DNA of 64,000 nt from positions 65,224,001-65,288,000 of the forward strand of contig NC_043006.1 of NCBI RefSeq assembly GCF_006345805.1. The letters are read 5' to 3'. The first letter of the stretch is position 1, and every line of letters begins with the position of its first letter. This document shows, piece by piece, positions 52,934 to 64,000 of the stretch. A program made the translations under genes and the position numbers. The notes under the pieces were generated by a model that ran no database searches, was not told the origin of the DNA, and saw nothing but the letters and a program-made list of their open reading frames with translations. The DNA is from Octopus sinensis (taxonomy: Eukaryota).

Positions 52934-53260
52934 TGTATATAGCATGGCTGTTGCCAGTGCTGCCTCACTGGCTCCTGTGCTAGTGGCACGTAAAAAGCAC
53001 CATTCGAGTGTGGTCGTTGCCAGTGATGCTAGTACCGCCTGACTGGCCCTCATGGCAGTGGCACGTGAAAAGCATCTACTACACTCTCATAGTGGTTGGC
53101 ATTAGGAAGGGCATTCATCTGTAGAAACCATACCAGATCAGATCAGATTGGAGCCTGGTGTAGCCTATTGGCTTGCTAGTCCTCAGTCAAACCATCTAAC
53201 CCATGCCAGCATTGAAAGCATACGTTAAATGGTGATGGTGATGTTGATATATTTATATAT

Positions 53261-53318
<58 letters not shown>

Positions 53319-53326
53319 TACATATA

Positions 53327-54216
53327 CAGGGTGTTTCAAAAAATTTGATATCATTTTGCAATCTAATAACTTTGCTAGTTCTTGTTCAAATGACTTCAAA
53401 TTTTAACAGCATGTGTAAAAACAGGTCACAATTTAAGCTTAATGTTTGATATGCTTATTTTTTCAGGTATAGAAATGGCATTCACTGGAAGAGAAAAGGC
53501 GTTTTGTGTGTTGGAGTATGCTCGAACACAGTCGAACAAGACTGTGCAGAGTGCATTTGTGAGAGGATTCTCTAAAAAGTCACAAACGGCAATGCAGATT
53601 TGGACACGGCACAAAAAATTCAAAGAGGAAGGCTGTCTGTGCAGGGCAAAAGGATCTGGATGACCACTAACATTGGAAGAGATGGTCAAGCAGGTTCACC
53701 AAAAACTCTTGTGAAGTTCCAAGAAGTCCATAAGAAGAACAAGTCTGGGAACCCAGATTTCTCCAATGACAGTTTGGCACATCCTGAGGAAACACATGCT
53801 AATGAAACCCTACAAGTTGCAGCTTGTTCAGGCCATTGTTCAGGCAGATGACAAGCAAAAGCACAAACATGGGGCTATGTGAAGGGCCTAGTCTATGTCA
53901 CCCCACTTCCTGCAAAGTTAGAGGAACTCGAGCAGAGAATCACTACCACACTGGAGACTGTTACCCAAGACATGCTGCAGTGTGTTTGGGAGGAGCTGGA
54001 CTACCGACTGGATGTGTACTGTCTCAGGCAGTGCGCATATTGAACATTTGTGAAATCATTCATGGAATCCACATACCTTTGAATTTCTCATTCAAATTTG
54101 GAGGAATAAATCTTACATTGCTCAACATTAAGCCTGTTTAGTTTCATTTGCTTTGATTATGTAGTTCCTGTGATATTTACATCCCAAATGATATGAAAAT
54201 TTTTTGAAACACTTTG
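53327..54216 (+). mobile_element. Tc1/mariner-superfamily DNA transposon, internally deleted
   Basis: TA|CAGGGTGTTTCAAAAAATTT...AAATTTTTTGAAACACTTTG|TA TIRs. Transposase N-terminus MAFTGREKAFCVLEYART...KPYKLQLVQA (from 53475) is joined directly to the C-terminus VKGLVYVTPLP...WEELDYRLDV; the catalytic core is missing. Confidence 0.92.
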
Positions 54217-54254
54217 TATATATATATATACACACACACAGATACATATATGTA

Positions 54255-54312
<58 letters not shown>

Positions 54313-54946
54313 CACACACATACATATATGTATATTTATATACATATATATATATGCACACACACACACATACATACATATATACATACATACACACACA
54401 CATATATCTGAGTGTGTGTCTTTGTGTCTGTCTCCAACCACCACTTGACAACCAGAGTTGGTGTATTTATGTCCTTGTAACTTAGCAGTTCAGCAAAACA
54501 GACTGATAGAATAAGTACCAGGCTTTAAAAAAAAATAGTTACTGGGGTCAATTCATCTGACTAAAAAAATTCTTCAAAGTGGTGCTCCAGCATGGCCACT
54601 GTCCAACAAATGAAACAAGTAAAAGATAGAAGATAATCTACAATGGAAACATAAAACACCTGCTGTTCAACATTATCCTGCAGTAATCACATAAGGCAAG
54701 GAGCAATATATCTTCAACCTCACTATAGTCATTGTGAACAAGGTCAAGATAATAAAAATCACTTATTTAACTCATACCAAGCAAAGGTGCAGTAATCAAT
54801 ACGTACACTTGTTTGACAAGTATTTTGATCTGAGATAGTATCTTTGCAAACAGAAACGATTGCGTTTTGATAGGAGTTATAGCTGCCATTTAAAAAAATG
54901 TACAAACACTTACAGTTAGTCTTTGTTGCCCTCATTTATAATGATA

Positions 54947-55512
54947 TGAGGGTGAGTCAAAAAGTAATGCCATTTTGTTTAGGACAGGTATAATTGCCAA
55001 CACAGGAACATGTATCATACATCAAAATGAAGCTGGTCCTCTGTGGATCACATCCTTACTTCTCAATATAGTCACCGTTTCTCACAATAGTAATGTTCCA
55101 TCTTCGAATGAGAGCATGTATCCCTGCCCTGTAAAATTCTGTTGACTGTTCTTTGAGCCACTTCTTCACTATAATTTTCACTTCCTCATCACTGGAATAA
55201 TGTTTGCCTCTCAAACCCTCTTTCATGGGGCTGAAGAGATGATGGTCCAGTGACAATAACAGTTCAGTGATGAGGAAGTGAAAACTGTAGTGAAGAAGTG
55301 GCTCAAAGAACAGTCAACTGAATTTTACGGGGCAGGGATACATGCTCTCATTCGAAGGTGGAACATTGCTACTGAGAGAAATGGTGATTATGTTGAGAAG
55401 TAGGGATGTGATCCACAGAGGACCAGCTTCATTTTGATGTATGATACACGTTCTTGTGTTGGTAATTATACCTGTCCTAAACAAAATGGCATTACTTTTT
55501 GACTCACCCCCG
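54947..55512. mobile_element. Mariner-derived palindromic MITE made of two inverted transposon 3' ends
   Basis: TA TSD and ~249-bp inverted arms. Both arms encode the mariner transposase tail (..SDEEVK..VKKWLKEQSTEFY.AGIHALIRRWNI...RNGDY.EK*) on opposite strands. Confidence 0.92.
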
Positions 55513-58320
55513 TATATACACTGTTATAAAGTGTTGAATATACTTCTTTGCTCATCTGCCAACCTAGTCACTGACATGATTTCCTGGTGGTACAGAGAAA
55601 TCTCAGTGCTGGTGGTGAAGTGGTGTTGGCTGATCTTAGGGAAGTGGAGCCTTGCAAAGGAGATGACAAACAAGCGGACGAATGTTGTGTTGGAGAAAAA
55701 ATACATCCGACCCATGCAGGCATGGAAAAAAAAATCAGACATGAAAATGAAGATGGTGATGATGACAACAGCACAGTGACTGTGTAGTTCACCAGGCCAT
55801 GAATGTAGGACAATATTCAGTAGACACTTTATAGTTTATAACAATACTATTTCAAAATGAAGCAAATCAATATAAAGTTATGTTGTGACCAAGCACATAA
55901 CCACAGGTGTTGAGAACTGTTGCACAGTGGGATCAAATCATGTGGTTAAGGAGTGAATATCTTAACCACACAGCCACGCCTGCAGCTGCTGCTACTACTG
56001 TATGGGGTCAGGATGGTCCTGGAACTAAACAACAGGAACATCGTTATAAACAGTAAGAATCAACAAGAGAGGTTCTAAACAGCATCATTATTATCATTTA
56101 ATGGCCATTTCTATGCAGGAATGGGCTAGACGGTTTCATAGGATCCAATGAGCCACAGAACTGTGCCACGCCGCTATGTCAGCTTTGGCATGCCCCTTCC
56201 ACCACTACCACCACCACAATCATAATTTAATGACTTTACTCCATGCCGGCATGGTTTGAGAGGATTTGATGAGTCCAAAGACTGCATCATGCCGTCGCCA
56301 CCGCCACTGCCACTCTCTTAAAAATAGAAAGGACACAGCAGTAACTTAGTCCTAAGTACATCTCTGGAAGGCCCTACAAAAGATTATTGGAATTCCTTTC
56401 CATCTCCAACAAAGTCACAAAATATTTTTTAAAAATCACATGTGGCACTTTGGGCAAGTGCCTTTTGCTATGACCCCAGGTCAACTAAAGCCTTGTCAGT
56501 GGATTTAGTAGATGGAAACTGGAAGAAGCCTGCCATATATATGTATACGTGTATGCGTGCATGCCTTTGTGTCTGTGTTTGTCTCTCACCATTTTTTGAC
56601 AACTGGTGTTGGTGTCCTTGTAACAGACCAGTTCAGCAAAAGAGACCAACAGATCATTGGTGAGGCCTGTAAAAAAATAGAGGCAATGACAAGTGACCGA
56701 GACCTTTGGAGATATATTGTGCTTGAGAAGACCTAGCAAGCCAAGTTAGATCATAGCCACGGCCGATGCCGGTGTTGTATAACTGGCCCATTTAAAAGTG
56801 CCCCTTCAATCATCAGGCAATATGCTGTACTTGAGAAGACCTGTTGAGCCAACTGAAATCATAGTTATAGTTGATTCCAGTGCCACCTGACTGGCACCCG
56901 TGCTGGTGGAATGTAAAAAGCACTATTCAAGTGTGGTCGATGCCAGTGTCACTGGTCTCCATGCCCGTGGCACATAGAAAGCATCCACTACACTCTTGGA
57001 GTGGTTGGCATTAGGAAGGGCATCCAGCTGTAGGAACCTTGCTGAATCAGATTGGAGCCTGGTGCAGCCTCACAGCTTGCCAGTCCTCAGTCAAACCGTC
57101 CAAGCCATGCCAGCATGGAAAATGGATATTAAACAATGATGATGATGATGATGATGATGATACTGGAGTTGATTCATATGACTAAAATCTGCAAGGTGAT
57201 TCCCCAGCATGGCCACAGTCTAATGAAAGAAGTTTGACACACCCACCCACACAAACATAAACATACCACACACCACACAACCTCAAAGCAAATTACTCAT
57301 CAATGAATTACAACTCATTTCATTTATAATTACCACAAGGTTTGCGTTCTCCACACATTTCAAGCTGTACCAGATTCCATTTCAAAATGTACCGATAAAA
57401 AATCTTGCCGGCAATAAAATGTTGAAAATGTCAATACTACTACTGAAAATGTCTCATAATATAAATTAACTTCTACCTCCATTGTTTTGTTAAACTCAAT
57501 TCAAACATTTTATGCCTGAAAGTTGCAGCAATTCACTGACAACATCTGGAAACAGCAAAGAGATTTTAACTATTTCTTTCATTAAAAGATTGGTCAACTT
57601 TTGCAGCAGATGTTATTGTTGCTTAATCCTAATTCCATCCTAATCTAGGAGAGCGATAATCAAATATTTTTCAGCTGTGACCATTCTGTCTTTTAATTAG
57701 ATATAGATTATTTTGAATGACATTATATAATGAGACTTTCCTTTTTTAGAGAGTGGTAGTTTAAGTGGCGATAGGGTTACTATTTCTAGCAAGTTGAGCT
57801 TCTTAGAGATAACTTTGTCACCTTTAGCATTAAGAAGTTACAATAGCTAGTATATTTTACAAGTATACTATATCATCATCATCATTGTTTAATGTCCACC
57901 TTCCATGTTGGCATAGGTGGGACGGTTTGACAGGAGCCGGCCAGTCAGAAGCCTGCACCAGGCTTCTGTAACTGTTTTGGCAGGATTTTTACAGCTGGAT
58001 GCCCTTCCTAACACCAAGTACCCAGCAGAGTGGACTTGGTGCTTTTTATGTGGCATAAGCACAGGCAAGGTCAGTTTTGGCATAGTTTTTACAGCTGGAT
58101 GCCCTTCCAAATGCCAACCACTTTACAGTGTGGATTGGATGCTTTTTAAGTGGCACCTGCACTGACAGGGTTGCCAAGTAACCTGCAAGACAAAAATCTT
58201 TTGAGAAGGGAGGGGGATTGGAGGAGGTGATGTTGTCTTAGATGATGAAAGGTTATGGTGAGATGGTGACAGGTGTCTTGCTGTAGAGGAGGTACAAGGT
58301 TACCAAGAGAGAGGGGGTCT

Positions 58321-58680
58321 ACCAGATAGCAATGATACAGAGAAACAGGGTTGAGAGGACGGGATTGGGGAGTGAGAGGGAGGCATAGTGCATGAAGGAG
58401 GAAATGTGAAGAAGAGAAATGTAGAGATGTAGATTGGTTTGTTGGGGGTAGGGCTTGTGAAAAGCTTTCTTGTTACATATGGGTGGAACACACAGATCAG
58501 GGGCTAGCAGATAGCAATGATACAGTGAGGCAGGACTAAAAGGACAGGATTGGGGAGTGGGAAGTAAGTATAGTGCATGAAACGGAAATGTGAGGAAGAG
58601 AAGAGATGTAGAGAAGTAGTTTAGTTTGTTGTGGTAGGGTGTGTGAGAAGTTTTCTTGTTATGTGTGGGTGGTATAATTC
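58321..58680. repeat. ~184-bp diverged tandem duplication, purine-rich
   Basis: cagatagcaatgatacag...gggattggggagtg...atagtgcatgaa...ggaaatgtga repeated at about 58323 and 58507. Confidence 0.75.
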
Positions 58681-60236
58681 TATAGTTGGCATAAACCACA
58701 ACTGTACTATACTACACCATATCTTCAGATGATGGGATGGGTTACATATCACATTCTGTGTTGCAAATAAAATGCACAGATCTAAATCTAACATGCAGCT
58801 GTCCCAGAAACAGCTGTAAAGTACTACCAGCATCTTACCTTTCTATCATTTATGGATTTTTCACCTGCAATATCATGGACTTTACTTATTTACATAGGTC
58901 AACTCAACACTGAGAAATTATTTCTACCTCATCCAGACACGTACCCGTCAGCATCAAATCATCACTCTTCAGCCTCTAGCTTTTTCATGGTTTCCTGCTA
59001 TTAGAAAATTACTATTTTTGAATCTCACAACGTGAGATATTCAGCAACAGTACTTTGTAGTAAAGATTGTTTGCCAGCATAACATAGCATCCTGGTTTAG
59101 GACTAACGTTGCTGTAATTTAACCCCACGAGACATCGTCACCAGCTGGCTATACAACATAGTTCCCTGCTATATTTTTATATATCTGTCTTCAATATGTT
59201 AGAAATTGATTTGATACTTGGACATGGTCTGTTCATACTTTTTTCTATTACACCTATGCATGCATGTATGTATGTCCCTGACAGGTGCTATTTATCTGGG
59301 TTGGATTAGACCTGAGAACAATAGTGGCTAAGTGGTGGTTCCATACTCCTTAAAATTCTGGAATTCTTGAACCATAGTCCCACTACAAGATATTGCTTGA
59401 AGTCATGCCCAAGGTTACCTTGCATTGATGAGTGAGTGACCCTGCCTAGCTAGTGTCATAGCAACCTTCTACATGAGGAATACTCTGCCATAAAACCTGT
59501 AGTTTCACGTGATCATTGTTCATCTTTCTTCGGCCTGTCACTTGGTATTAATTACAGAGAGTCAGGGAGTGGCACTTGTGTGGTGCAAGCATTTATTATT
59601 ATATTCCAATAATGTACAGATGTCTTTTTCATTGGTCAACCTATCTACTGAAAGCGCTACGCTGATAGAAGAGTTGTGATGTGTGCAGACCTAATTGCAA
59701 GTACACAGTGCTTGCAACTTTCATTGGTCACTTACACTTCAAATCATGCAGACCTGCACTGGGGACTAAATAGTTATCTGGGAGGTCATGGATGGAAAAT
59801 CAGAAATGCCATTGAAAATATGAATGCACAAGAAGATAGCAACCATCTGTGATGATAGAGCAATCACCATGCATGCATGTATATATGTATGCATGTGTGT
59901 GTGTATATGTGTGTATGTATGTATGTATGTATGTGTGCATATGTTGTGTGTATGTAAGTGCATATATCCCTGTGAATGCTTCCATTCCACATTTTTACAT
60001 GAAAGTGTCTGAGCCCAAAATTGATGTTGACGTTCCTTGTTTGCAAATTGTCCTGTAGCTTTGCACTTTTGAAAGAACATGGAATCAAAAAAAATGCTTA
60101 ATCAAGGGTTAGCTACATGAAGAGTATCTGGCTGTGAAAATAATACCTCGTTAGTATACATTCATTTATGCTAACATGGAAAAACAACCATAAAAAAAAA
60201 ACAAAAAAACACCAAATGAACCCCAGTAGTACTTAC

Positions 60237-60805
60237 TTGAAATTTTGGTAAAAGTGTAAAATTTGCACATGCTTTCTCACTAAGGTGCAGTCTAGTCATG
60301 TTAATCCAAGCACAACAGACACACTGCACGTGAAAGCACCGACAGAAACTGTTCGTTAGCAAACTGGCCGCAGTACCATTTGACACTGTTTTAGTGGAGT
60401 TGTTTTGCAAAGGTATATTTTTTTTTATATCTCCTTTCGTTAATTTGACTTGGTTCAAGTTATGAGTGTCTTTCATGAAGTCTGCGAGATCTATCATCGT
60501 GATGTTCAGATCTAATTTGAAAGACTCGCTTATAAACTTTATCACTGGACGAGTCTTTATCACACCGATCGCTGACAGTTTTTCCAGTGTTTTGTTTTTT
60601 AATGTCTCTCCAATTTGTAATACTTTGTCTAATTGGCTTTTTTTTACGATGGTTTCATTTTTGGTGATATTTTTCAAGGGTGGTTTACTAGGTTTTGTGA
60701 ATTTGATTGGCACCTGTGATAATGATTTCGTGTGTACTGTTGTGGATATAATCTTTCGTAGTGTTATAATTTCTTTTATATGGTTCACATGCTCCTGGGT
60801 TTTAC
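60237..60805 (-). CDS. DUF4773-type cysteine-rich protein, large exon (Lys/Thr-rich extension plus start of domain)
   Basis: Minus-strand acceptor tctgatctattttcag|GT AAA ACC (phase 1) and donor TTT CAA|gtaagt (phase 0), 569 nt, open. Ends in CRCFHVQCVCCAWINMTRLHLSEKACANFTLLP, matching the C-x-C-x4-C-x-CC...C-x-N pattern I recall for DUF4773. Confidence 0.85.
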
Positions 60806-62042
60806 CTGAAAATAGATCAGAATAGAGAGAAATCACCAAAAGGATTTCTAAATTTTTGTCTGTTGTTACATCATACAAAACAAAAAGCTGTTACATCATA
60901 CAGAGCAAGAGAACATCTACATGTGTTTCTATGTACATGTGCGTATGTGTGTGTAGTGTCAATTTGGTAAAAGTATACCGGACTTCTTTTATTTTTTATT
61001 TGTTTTAGTCATACAAATATTTACATACACATACATATATATACATACACACAGATATACATTTATATCTACACATAGACACACATGCATATCAGACACA
61101 CAGTATTCTCAGTAGGAAAAAAAACCTTTCATTTATTAAGAAACAACTGTTGCCATTCAAAGTCTGTCATCAGATGACCTTTATGAGCTTTGGGTGAAAA
61201 AAACCCAACAAACTCATCATTTGTGATTAGAAATAAAGCATTTCTCGACACAATGGACATAACTCTTTAAAGTGTGCACCAACATAAATGATAAATTATA
61301 GAATTTTAATTCATTAAGAGACATGGGTATGGCTGTGTGGTTAAGAAATTTACTTTGCAGCCACATGGTTTCGGGTTCAGTCCCATTGCACATCACCATC
61401 GGCAAGAGTCATCTACTATGGTCCTGGGCCAACCAACGTTCAATGCCTTGGGAGTGAATTTGGTAGAGGAAAATTGAATATATGAAACCTGTTGTGTGTG
61501 TATCATCATCATCATCGTTTAATATCCGCTTTCCATGCTGGCATGGGTTTGACGGTTTGATTGAGGACTGGTGAGCCAGAGGCTGCACCAGGCTCAATCT
61601 GATTGTGTGTATCTATATATATATATATACACACGATCCCATATAGACAAAATATCAGTGGCAGGCAGTCTCCTTGATAATCTTAGTAGCTTCTATACTG
61701 AAGTAGAGACAACATGTTCTTTGTCTATCTCCTTAAGTTCTTGGAAATTTTAGGCATAATTATACTAATGTGTCCATCTGTTCTAATTTAATTAAATTCT
61801 ATGTCTTTGTGCAGCTGAAGATTGCTCTACATTTTAAATTGATGTAATGATTACATTGCTCATTTAAATGGAGTTACATGAAAAGATTGTACTGCATTAC
61901 CTCTGGATATCCTTGTGCTTATTTTGATATATATCATCATCATCATCATCATCATTTAGCGTCCGCTTTCCATGCTAGCATGGGTTGGACGGTTCAGCTG
62001 GGGTCTGGGAAGCCAGAAGGCAGCACCAGGCCCAATCTGATC

Positions 62043-62333
62043 TTTCCACAAAGAAATAACATTACCCTCAACGTAAGGAAAGTGAAACACAACGAAAAGA
62101 TAGATTAATGCTGAACAATTGTTTCTTTATCAATCGATTGGACCGCATGGGTACTTGATGCTCGTGAGGGTCCAATAAATTGTATCGAAGACAAATGCTG
62201 CTGATGACTTATAGATAAATATGTGAGTATAATTGCATATTATATTGATAAAGAAACAATTGTTCAGCATTAATCTATCTTTTCGTTGTTTCACTTTCCT
62301 TACATTGAGGGTAATGTTATTTCTTTGTGGAAA
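62043..62333. mobile_element. MITE with ~91-bp near-perfect inverted arms
   Basis: 62043-62134 versus 62244-62333. It abuts and truncates an RTE tail at 62042. Confidence 0.85.
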
Positions 62334-62682
62334 CAACTTCTGTGGCTATACCAGAATAAGGAGCTATTTTTAGTACTAGAGTTAACCACTTAACGGTAAC
62401 TCTCTTATATTTATGTATAAATTTGTATTGTCTCCCTGGTTTTTATGTGCTAAGCCACTTGGTGTTAAACTGATGGTATTATTAAATTAATATCTAATTT
62501 TTCACCCTTATTTATCAATTCTAATTTATATATATATATATTATATTTTGTGAAATTTGAATTAGTATTTCTAAAGGAAATTTTCCCCCTGTAAGTTTGG
62601 AATTATATTCCTTAATATGTATATATATATGTATATACATACATACATACATACATATATATATATATATTATATATATATA

Positions 62683-62727
<45 letters not shown>

Positions 62728-62891
62728 ATATATGTATAGAGGGCATTAATACACATAAATGCCTCACACTAAGAGGGACAAAGTCATTACTACCAAAATT
62801 ACAATATATCATACCTAAATGCAGTTCTTCAAAGCAAGACATTTAAAAATGAATTTAGTTCTGTATCACCGTGATTTCACATTTAACTTAC

Positions 62892-62951
62892 GTCTTATGA
62901 TCCTCAGCAGAACTGATTCTGAACACATCATAAATAAACCACCAACCTTAC
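62892..62951 (-). CDS. Possible upstream 60-nt exon of the DUF4773-type gene
   Basis: gtctgttcgtcttccctag|GTAAGG...ATAAGAC|gtaagt. Only the phase-1 frame is open (GKVGGLFMMCSESVLLRIIR), which suits the next exon. It does not resemble a signal peptide, and an alternative donor exists at 62952. Confidence 0.3.
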
Positions 62952-63072
62952 CTAGGGAAGACGAACAGACATCTATTCACTCCGGCCAAGCACATGGAAT
63001 GTTTATAAATCATATATTCGGTAAATGGCGGGCTTTTTTGAACTGCATGTCGGGTAGGAAAAGTATTTTGGA

Positions 63073-63133
63073 ATAAATTTAACAATTAAGGATAACTTCT
63101 TAATAAGAAGTTATCCTTAATTGTTAAATTTAT
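63073..63133. repeat. Perfect 29-bp-arm hairpin with 3-nt loop
   Basis: ATAAATTTAACAATTAAGGATAACTTCTT AAT AAGAAGTTATCCTTAATTGTTAAATTTAT. Confidence 0.95.
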
Positions 63134-63139
63134 ATATAT

Positions 63140-64000
63140 CATCATCATCATCATCATTTAGCGTCCGTTTTCCATGCTAGCATGGGTTGGACGGTTCAAC
63201 TGGGGTCTGGGGAGCCCGAAGGCTGCACCAGGCCAGTCAGATCTGGCAGTGTTTCTACGCTGGATGCCCTTCCTAACGCCAACCACTCCGAGAGTGTGTA
63301 GTGGGTGATTTTATGTGCCACCGACACAGGTGCCAGACGAGGCTGGCGAACGGCCACCTCGGATGGTGTTTTTATGTGCCACCGACACAGGTGCCAGACG
63401 AGGCTGGCAGACGGCCACGCTCGGATGTGTTTTTATGTGCCAAACCGACACAGGTGCCAGATGAGGCTGGCAGGTGCCAGACGAGGCTGGCAGAACGGCC
63501 ACGCTCGGATGGTGTTTTTATGCCACCAGACCGACACAGGTGCCAGATGAGGCTGGCGGACGGCCACGATCGGATGGTGTTGTTACGTCCCCAAAGCACG
63601 GAGGCCAGTCTATGCGGTACTGGCTACGGCCACGTTCGGATGATTTTCTTGTGTGCCACCGCACTGGTACCACAAAGATACAAATTCCATTTATGCTCAT
63701 CTATTTTGATTTGTTTTGATTTGATTTGATTTTCACTTGCCTCAACAGGTCTTCACAAGTGTCACTTGCCTCAACAGGTCTTCACAAGTGTCACAAGAAG
63801 GAAGGTATGCACAGGTGGACTGTCTACGTCGCCGGGTCTTCGGATGGTGTCTTTATGTGCCACCGACACAGGTGCCAGATGTGGCTGGCGAACGGCCACG
63901 ATCGGATGGTTTTCTTGTGTGCCACCGGTACTGGAACCACAAAGATACAAATTCCATTGATGTTCATCTATTTTGATTTGGTTTGATTTGATTTGATTTT
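63140..64000 (-). mobile_element. Young RTE LINE 3' region with an internal ~60-bp tandem array
   Basis: CpG-rich (CAT)n-tailed RTE end with about 6 units of GGATGGTGTTTTTATGTGCCACCGACACAGGTGCCAGACGAGGCTGGCGAACGGCCACG. Also a ~275-bp higher-order duplication and a ~29-bp doublet at 63732-63793. Runs to the window edge. Confidence 0.85.

Noticed and set aside
57300-57650. Alternative DUF4773 middle exon (NLYYETFS-like peptide)
   Set aside because: All frames from nearby acceptors hit stops, and the 44949-45006 exon fits motif and phase exactly.
60171-60878. 235-aa ORF as a standalone gene
   Set aside because: It has a non-ATG start, and both ends run through strong splice sites (60805 and 60237), so it is an internal exon.

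Overview
Repeat-saturated, AT-rich animal genomic DNA. The SINE, LINE, MITE and microsatellite make-up looks like an octopus (coleoid cephalopod) genome; this is inferred from repeat character, not from a database match. Two spliced protein-coding genes are reconstructed, arranged tail-to-tail. (1) A complete but highly divergent alpha-tubulin on the + strand: exons 17287-17509, 20095-20268 and 26753-27711, a candidate ATG exon at 12425-12430 and a polyA signal at 27989-28000. (2) A 5'-partial DUF4773-type cysteine-rich, probably secreted glycoprotein gene on the - strand: exons 60805-60237, 45006-44949 and 37072-36828. The main finding is in the tubulin. It keeps an intact ORF and N-site GTP-binding residues but naturally carries N249Q/D251N/E254A, losing the residues alpha-tubulin supplies for GTP hydrolysis on the neighbouring beta-tubulin. 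It has also lost K40 (replaced by a CxCxHxH luminal loop), the MREC autoregulation motif, M-loop H283 and the R402/E415 motor-binding pair. It is therefore a candidate natural 'GTP-locking', microtubule-stabilising isotype. The remainder is tRNA-derived SINEs, truncated RTE, CR1/L2 and R4-like LINEs, Tc1/mariner, pogo, hAT and piggyBac relics, foldback palindromes, minisatellites and microsatellites. Most short ORFs in the supplied track are repeat artefacts. Residue comparisons use vertebrate TUBA1A numbering recalled from memory.
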